From Chiloscyllium plagiosum (taxonomy: Eukaryota), in contig NW_025215379.1 of assembly GCF_004010195.1 (NCBI RefSeq), forward strand, positions 215,804 to 276,500: 60,697 nt of DNA, written 5' to 3'. The notes under the pieces were generated by a model. The model saw nothing but the letters and a program-made list of their open reading frames with translations, searched no databases and had not been told where the DNA came from. This document shows, in pieces, positions 53,076 through 60,697 of the stretch. The stretch's first letter is position 1. Every line of letters begins with the position of its first letter. Made by a program: the position numbers and the translations under genes.

Positions 53076-55186
53076 CTGTAATGATTCAAACATAAATAGT
53101 TTTATACAATGAGTGGAAATAGTACATGTGAAATACTTTGCCATAGTGCTGACACAGCTAGCTTTCATTCGTTTTGTTTCTACAAAGTCTGCACAGCTTC
53201 TGTAATGGTTTCTCCTATTCTGCCCTAATGCCACTTCTGGCATTTGCGAGACTCTATTCTTATTCAGCTTGACACCCATACATTCTTGTCAATAGCATCA
53301 TTCATAGATGGGAGAGTCAATTTTCACTTGCATACCAATAACAATGTGCTATCTCTGAAGTACTACTTTACAAAGTTAGCTACATTTATCAACCTCTATC
53401 TTAAACATAATTAACAACTGAATATTCACATCATTCTGGAGTGCAGTAAAAAAAATTCACAATAGTTAGCTCCTTGAATCTGTAAACCCACACCTGTGGA
53501 TTTCCCAGGCAGGGAACTCTGCACCTACCTTATCAAGCCCCTTCAGGATTTGTATTGTATGCTTCAATTAGTTCATCTATCATTTTCTAAACTTCAGGCA
53601 ATACAGAGTTAGTGTATTTAAATATGTTGCCATAGAACAATTCCCTCTTCCCAAGAATAAGTCCAGTGGGAACAGGTACTGTACTCTGAAGCAAGCAGAT
53701 TATTCCTTATGTGACCAGATTAAACCAGCCTTGTACTCCAGGGGTTGTCACACTGATTCTTTGCATGATTATGGAAAGACTTACTTCTACACTCAATCTT
53801 CTGTTATAAAGTTAATAAAACATTCAGCTTCCTAATAGCTTACAGCACCTGCATATTAACTTGCTGTTTCAGGTCCAAGGTCACAAAGAGGAACTTCTGA
53901 CTTTCAATATCCTGCATTTTTATCCAGATAACTTCACATTCAGTTACAATGCATTCCATCTGTCACATTATTGTCCATTCACTCTGCCTGCCTAAGTGAA
54001 GTCACGTCTTCACCATTTACTTTCCCAGCCAACTTTATATCATGAGCAAATGTGAATATATTATTCACAGTCCCTTCAAAGTTACGAATCTACACTGGAG
54101 AGAGAACATGTTCTGTGAAAGTATCTTCCATGATTCTGAACATTGTTTGCCCGACCTATAAAGTTAAAATCCTCCATGTTAAATGTAATAAAAGTCCTAC
54201 TTACTTTCATAACATATGTTTTGTTCAACAATACTACCTGCAAGGAGGTAGTATCAGTTATGGTTTTCAACAGAGAACTGAATAGGCACCCCACCAAAAA
54301 AAAACTGCACGGTTGTGGGGACGACATGGATAGAGAAGTGGAATCGGCAGATTTACTTCTGCAAATAGCTAAAATGCAGGCTGAGCTAAATGGCTTGTGT
54401 GTAACCATTTTATGGCTTTATAAACAAAACTCAATAATTTTCTGGGCTCCAATTATGATTAGGAGTTAAAATACTTTCTCACTGCCTTTATCCAATCCTT
54501 TATTTTCAAGGCATGAAAATTCCATTATTTCATTTCCATTATTTCTACATTTAAATTATTTGATCCCATTGTCATTTGTAATCATATCATCATATAGAAA
54601 TTTAACATCTATTAATTTGTCTCATATTACAAATATATACAATGTCTTTAACATTGACAGGTAAGGAAAGTTTGCATTCTACAAATAACGGTCTAAATTC
54701 TTCATTCACGTTAAAGGCAATTCATGTCGAAGAAACATGAATTAAAATGGAATCACCCGTACATGGGGGAAAAATTAATAGCTCTCATCAAAACATTCAA
54801 TTTTTCAACCAGGGGGGTAATCTTTGTATCTAAATATTTAATGGAAAAAGTGGTGGCAAATCAAAAGGTTACTTTTTAATTGGGTGAAAGGCTGAAATGC
54901 ACTTCCCATTAAAACATTTGAGAACAAAGTTTAGGGTGCCCTGTAATTACCATTATTCTCAACTACTGCATCAAGTTTAACATTCAAAAGACAATTACCT
55001 CAGGTTCAGAAAATTATTTAATGCACCACTGTATAAAGAACGAAAACTATCAATTGGTGACTATTTTTCCCCAAGGTAAAGGGGAACTACATTTCCAAAC
55101 CTAGAACACCACTAAATTTACACTTCAGAACGCATTTTCATCCATATTTCATAATTGTTTACAGAAACACTCTGCTGTCTTTATTG

Positions 55187-55410
55187 GAGGAGAAAGTGAG
55201 GTCTGCAGATGCTGGAGATCAAAGTTGAAACTTTATTGCTGGAACAGCACAGCAGGTCAGGCAGCATCCAGGGAACAGGAGATTCGACGTTTCGGGCACA
55301 GGCCCTTCTTCAGGGATTCCTGAAGAAGGGCCTGTGCCCGAAACGTCGAATCTCCTGTTCCCTGGATGCTGCCTGACCTGCTGTGCTGTTCCAGCAATAA
55401 AGTTTCAACT
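55187..55410. mobile_element. Young family A PLE palindrome (188 bp, 1 mismatch) with two opposed hammerhead motifs
   Basis: 55223-55410 is self-complementary; 15-bp TSD CTGCTGTCTTTATTG at 55172-55186 and 55409-55423. Confidence 0.9.
55313..55355 (+). ncRNA. Minimal type-I hammerhead ribozyme motif
   Basis: GGGAUUC-CUGAAGA-A-GGGC/cugu/GCCC-GAAA-CG-UC^GAAUCUC; 7-bp stem I (one G-U), 4-bp stem II. Confidence 0.82.
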
Positions 55411-56812
55411 GCTGTCTTTATTGCCCTATTATGGTACATAGTAAAAGCTCCACTCAATATTATAGAATGCAACTCTTGTAGGGCGATAGGATTTCCATTT
55501 AATCAGGTTGAGTTTAGTTTAAATTTGTTGCTTAGATGCAATGTTTTTGACAAAGTAATAGGTCTATCCAGAATTCGCTTCCTTTTTTTGTCCCATATGC
55601 ACATGTTCCTAAATTTTGATCCATTTACAGCTAACTGCTGCCCATGATACATTGTTTAATTAAATGGTAGCAGTAAAATTCTGTGGCACCTCATTAAGAT
55701 AAGTATCAAAGTAACAATATTGATTAGTAATCTCAAAGAAACACAATGTGCTTGCTAATTTCAAACATTCTCAAGCCACTAATTACTTGAAAACAAATTG
55801 TAGCTCTTCAGGGTACAGGCTGTAAAATGTGAACATGTTTGCCCATGCTAACTTTTGAGAATAATTTGTGATCACAAATAAATAACTTCAACTCTAACCT
55901 AAACTGCAAACTGAAACCTGTAGTTTTACTGGTAATAGGAATATGCTATCCTACTGTAATTTCAATGCTGGAAGATAGCATCGAATCGAATTTTGTATGT
56001 AGTGCTTCCATATATAGGAAGAATTCTTAAAAATGGGGAAAAAAAAATTGCAGATGCTGCAAACCTGAAATATTGACAGCAAATGCAAATATATTCAGAT
56101 TGATATTCAGGGTATGGTGATGAGCAAAGGCACTGGAAATTGGAGAAATGGTTTTGTCTTTTAAAAAGAAGTGTTAGAACTTTGTTTCCGGTTCAGTCTC
56201 TCTCTCTCTCCAAAAACTGATATTACACTCTTTTGGAATGTAGGTTTTTTTATGTATTAGGAAGTAAATACAGATTATTTAAGTACATAAAACATGTTAA
56301 GTCATTTGTTATCCATCGAAAGAACAGTACTAATTTATCACACACAAAGTAAACATATTAAGCAAAAGTACTGATTCATTTGACTACATAGTAACACAGA
56401 AACATAGGTCAGCCAGCCCAATGAATCTGCTCTGCGATTCAATATCATCACTGTTCACCACCCAACTCAGTATCTTGTGCCCATTTTCTTCCTATACCCT
56501 TTGATGCATTTAGCCACAATGACTGTATCAATGGGTCCTTGAAAACATTCAACATTTTGACCTCAGCCACTTTCTGTAGCACAGAATTATATGGGTTCAG
56601 CATTTTGAGTAAAGAAATTTATTTTCAACTCAGTTCTAAATGGCCAACATTTCCTTAGACTGTGACTCCAGGTTCCAGCCTCCTTGGTTATCAATTACCC
56701 AGTCTAGCACTGTTGGAAATTTTTAGGTATGTTTGAGATACCGCTAATTCTTCCTTCTATTCTTAAAGAATGCAACAGGCCATGTTCTAACATTTACAAT
56801 TTGAGGACTTAC

Positions 56813-56960
56813 ATTTCCTTTCCTCTTCCAACAGCAGCAATCTTTTGATTGTCCCCTGACCAACAAATATCTTTGATTGCTCCTGCAAAGGGTTGGTACT
56901 CAAACTTCAGTAGATGTTCTTTTTGGGTCGTATCCCAAATTCGAATTTTTCCAGAAGCAT
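56813..56960 (-). CDS. WDR1: WDR1/AIP1 coding exon (human exon 4 equivalent); exons 1-3 lie beyond the window
   Basis: 148 nt, tgacag acceptor, gtaagt donor; encodes (D)[48 protein letters not shown], matching WDR1 [27 protein letters not shown]. Confidence 0.96.
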
Positions 56961-57386
56961 CTGTCACAATACAGAAAATTTTTTAAGTGATGTGTAAATA
57001 CAGCAATCAAACATAGCATAGACGACCAGGCACTTTTTTAAAATTAAAGGATAAGTTTGCTTTATTATTCTAATGGCTATAAATACCAGCATTCCTTTTT
57101 CAGTACTTGATCATGATAACTTTAATGATGTATCTAGACCCAAAATTCCCTAGGGACAGGCTCTTCAAGTGCGAGTAGGTTCACATGATGAGTTTTTGGG
57201 GTCGGAAGCTCTGAAGCTGGTGGTGGAGGAAAGGAAGGAGTAATCAGAAGGTGGTGGACGAAAAAGAGAGAGGGAGAAACCCTTCCTCCATTCAATAACT
57301 TTAATAATCCCTCACCAAATTCTTAGTCAGATCTCTCAAAATCCGAAGCATGAAAATGCGGTCACATCAGTTTGGGAATCATTGTT

Positions 57387-57699
57387 ATTAGATTTCCTAC
57401 AGTGTGGAAACAGGCCCTTCAGCCCAACAAGTCCACACCAACACCCTCCAAACAGCAACCACCCAGACCCATTCCCCTATATTTACCCCTGCACCTAACA
57501 CTATGGGCAATTTAGCATGGCCAATTCACCTAACCTGCACATCTTTAGACTGTGGGAGGAAACCGGAGCACCCGGAGGAAACCCACGCAGGCACAGGGAG
57601 AATGTACAAACTCCACAAACAGTTGCCAGAGGTGGGAATTGAACCCAGGTCCCTGGCGCTGTGAGACAGCAGTGCTAACCACTGAGCCACCGTGCCATC
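57387..57699 (-). mobile_element. HE1-type V-SINE, full length
   Basis: Head, B box and V domain; CATTGT TSD at 57380-57385 and 57700-57705. Confidence 0.88.
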
Positions 57700-59919
57700 C
57701 ATTGTCTTGCAACAATTTTTATTTTTTCACATTTAGAAAGCACCCAACGTTATTAATTTTCAATCTAACAGGAGGTATTTATTGACAATGGTATCAATTT
57801 GCCACACTTTTGCCCATTTAATCTACTAATACTGGCTTGTAATAGAGGTCACAAAGCCACTTGTATTGCAGTAATTCACAAATTTTGAATAGGTGGTTTT
57901 CTCTCTTATGTCATTAATAAAAAGTGATAGTTGGGACCCCAATATAAATTCATTCATCAATTCTGATGAAAAGGCTCTCTGCTTCTCTCCACACATGCTG
58001 ATGGGAAACAATGTTAGATTCATGCCTTCATTATTTATGGTCACAATCTTTGGAACTTCCAGAGCTCATGGATTTCCTTCCTAAGCTAAACCAATTCAAG
58101 ATTTCTTTTACATCCAAAACTATTGCTCCAATAGTGTCTCTGGCATTTACTTTGCTCTTCTTTTAAATCATGGTCATCTGTACCTCGGGGGAGACATAGA
58201 GCTAACGTGTGGAGAAGTAACCAAGGGGCTCAAATCCCACCATAGTCGCTGGCAGAATGATTAATAAATTTAATTGAATTACCATGACCAGCACCAATAT
58301 CACCTAAAAAGGGTGAAAGTGTTGAGAGTTCACAGGATTAAGTGAATCCCAAACAGTAGAATCATTATCTGACACTTGATCAGTCCCAATATCACGAATA
58401 GTGGTAGACAATTAAAACTAATTGAACTAACATGTTCCAAAAATCTCTTCATCCTCAATGATTAAAAAGTCCAACATGTAAGCAAGAAACAATGCCAAAG
58501 CACTGGTAAATATTTTCAACAAGTACTGAATGGATGATCCATCTTGGCCTCCTCCCGAGATGTCCAGTCTTCAACCAATTTAGTTCACTCTTATGTAACA
58601 TCAAGAAACAACTGAAAGCTCTGTTACTGCAAAGGACATGGGATCTGACCACATTCCAGTAATTGATCAGCACTTCATGTGACATTAAGAAGTCCTAGCC
58701 AAATTGAATATGGAGGAAAAAGGTACATTCATTGAAGTCATAGCCTCTGATACAAAAAATGACTGTGGTTACTAAAGGCCAATAATCTCAGTCTTAGGAC
58801 ATTACTGCAGGCATTCCTCAGGGTAATGTCCTCGGCCAAACCATCTCTTTCAATGAACTTTGCACCATAAAGGTTAGAATTAGGGATTAGTTGACTGCAC
58901 GGCATTTACTACAATTTGGTGGTCCTCAGATACTGAAGCATACAAGCTCCCAAAACCGTTCTTTTTTATCCTTTCCTATTATGGAGTGGGCATTTCCAGA
59001 AAGGCATTTGGTGTTCATTCCCGATGGCCTATAAACTGAATGAGCTTGCTGGGGTGTAGCTAAGAGTCAACCATATTGGTCTAGAGTCACATATAGGTCT
59101 GAGCAGACAAGACTGGCAGATTTTTCTCGAAAAGAACATTAATAAACCAGTTTGGTTTTTACAACAATGGTAATTTCCACATTAATTATTAATGAGACTA
59201 GCTCATATTGCTAGATTTACTAATTGAATTTAAATTCCACCAGCTGCCATGGTGAGATTTGAACCCATGTCAGAGCATTAACAAGTCTTTGAATTACTAT
59301 TAGTGACATTAGATCCCAGGGCAAATAACATTTGCTCCACGCAAGTGTCAGGTAATGACCATCAAACCATCTCCCCCTGGTATCCATTGACACCACCATC
59401 ATTGAATCCACTATTATCTTTTAAATATGACAGGTACAGATGCAGGGGGGAGTGTGGGGATTGTGTGGCAAGTAACATACCTCCCATCTCCCCAAAGCTA
59501 ATCCACAACTTACAAGTCAATAGTTTGGTGGAATTCTCTCCACTTGTCTCGATGAGTGCAGTTCTAACTCACTCAAATCCCAGTCAGGAGAAAGTAGCCT
59601 GCTTGACTAGCACACCATTCACAAGCAAAGCACAACAGCAATTCTGCTAGTTACTTAGTGATTTAATGACTTTTTAAAAAAATTGACACAGCAAGTATGG
59701 ACATGCATTTTATAAAGACGTAAAATCATTCAAGATTTTACTTGGATTTTAATGCTTGAGAGGAAAAAGAGTTGATTTCAAGATCATTTTGCACTATTCC
59801 CACTGAGCTGAAGAGCCATTTTTTAATATTGACCCAGTACAGTACTATTGCTCATCAATGCGATACATGAAGCGTAGATGACTGAGGAGTCACACAGAAA
59901 CTAAGGAGGGATAAAATAA

Positions 59920-60636
59920 AGAAAACTTGGGCAGTGTTGTAGAACAGGAACCTAGGGTGCAGGTACATAAATCTTTGAAGTTTGCATCATATATACAGAG
60001 GGTGGTTAAAAAGGCATTTGGCACGCTTGCCTTCATTGCTCAATCTTTTTGAGTATAGAAGTTGGGAAGTCACGTTGAGCTTGTACAGGACATTGTTGAG
60101 GCCGCTTCTGGAATACTGTGTCCAGTCTGGTCACCCAGTTATAGGAAGGATATGATCAAGCTGAAGAGAGTTCAGAAGATATTTATGAGGATTACCAGGC
60201 ATGGAAGATTTGAGCTATAAAGGCTGGATAGGCTGGAACATTTTCCCAGAAGTGTTGGAGATGGAGAGGCAACTTGATAGAAGTTTACAAAATAATAAAG
60301 GTATAGATAGAGTTAATGGTAATTACTTTTGCTTCCATTGGGAAAATTTCAAAACTAAAGAGGCACATTTTTAAGGTGAGAGGAGAGATTTAAAAAGACT
60401 GGAGGTAAGCTTTTTTTAAAAACTGAGGGTGGTTCATGTGTGGAATGAACTTCCTCAGGAAGTGGTGGATGAGGGTACACTTACATGCAAGACATTTGGA
60501 TAGATACACTAATCGGAAACGTTTACAGGGACATGGGCCCGGAGCATGAAGGTAGGGCTAGTTTAGTTTGCGATTACGTTTGGCATGGACTGGTTGGACC
60601 AAAGGGTCTGTTTCCGTGCTGTGTGACTCTATGACT
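59920..60636 (+). mobile_element. CR1 3' fragment
   Basis: LYRTLLRPLLEYCVQ-like coding remnant; tail GACTCTATGACTC. Confidence 0.82.
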
Positions 60637-60697
60637 CAGTACTACAGCACTACAACAGAACTCTGCCATATACCATAGCAATTTCATTTCCAAATTA

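Noticed and set aside
54052..54469. Overlapping ~108-aa ORFs on both strands
   Set aside because: The plus frame resembles decayed CR1/L2 3' sequence and the rest is consistent with chance ORFs.
55223..55410. Palindromes as classical MITEs, pre-miRNAs or CRISPR-like repeats
   Set aside because: Variable 9-15 bp TSDs, an asymmetric leader and linkage to GIY-YIG remnants point to PLE pLTRs; there is no repeat-spacer array and the DNA is eukaryotic.
56961..60697. WDR1 exons 1-3 and promoter
   Set aside because: No match to YTEH..AKY.PSGFYIASG or a CpG island was found; these probably lie right of the window.

Overview
Eukaryotic (vertebrate) DNA, almost certainly elasmobranch (shark) judging by HE1-type V-SINEs and HER1/CR1 LINEs. 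The window holds the 3' twelve coding exons (equivalent to human exons 4-15) of a minus-strand WDR1/AIP1-family gene (56960 down to the stop at 15470). The reading frame is continuous across these exons, and one intron (31478-33581) is a minor-spliceosome U12 AT-AC intron. The protein changes a normally invariant motif (GPPF to ALPV), so it may be a divergent paralog. The rest is TE-rich intron and intergenic sequence: a decayed L1, many CR1/L2 pieces, Rex1 and RTE fragments, SINEs, MITEs and Penelope-like elements (PLEs). The most interesting signal is three sequence-distinct families of short PLE-derived elements carrying minimal type-I hammerhead ribozyme motifs (CUGANGA...GAAA-palindrome-UH). 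They occur as long palindromes with a hammerhead on each strand, as solo copies with 9-15 bp TSDs, as a tandem pair and as a collapsed hairpin. Two of the families can be tied to GIY-YIG-coding Penelope remnants in the same window. All calls were made by eye; no searches were run, and human exon sizes and family motifs are quoted from memory.
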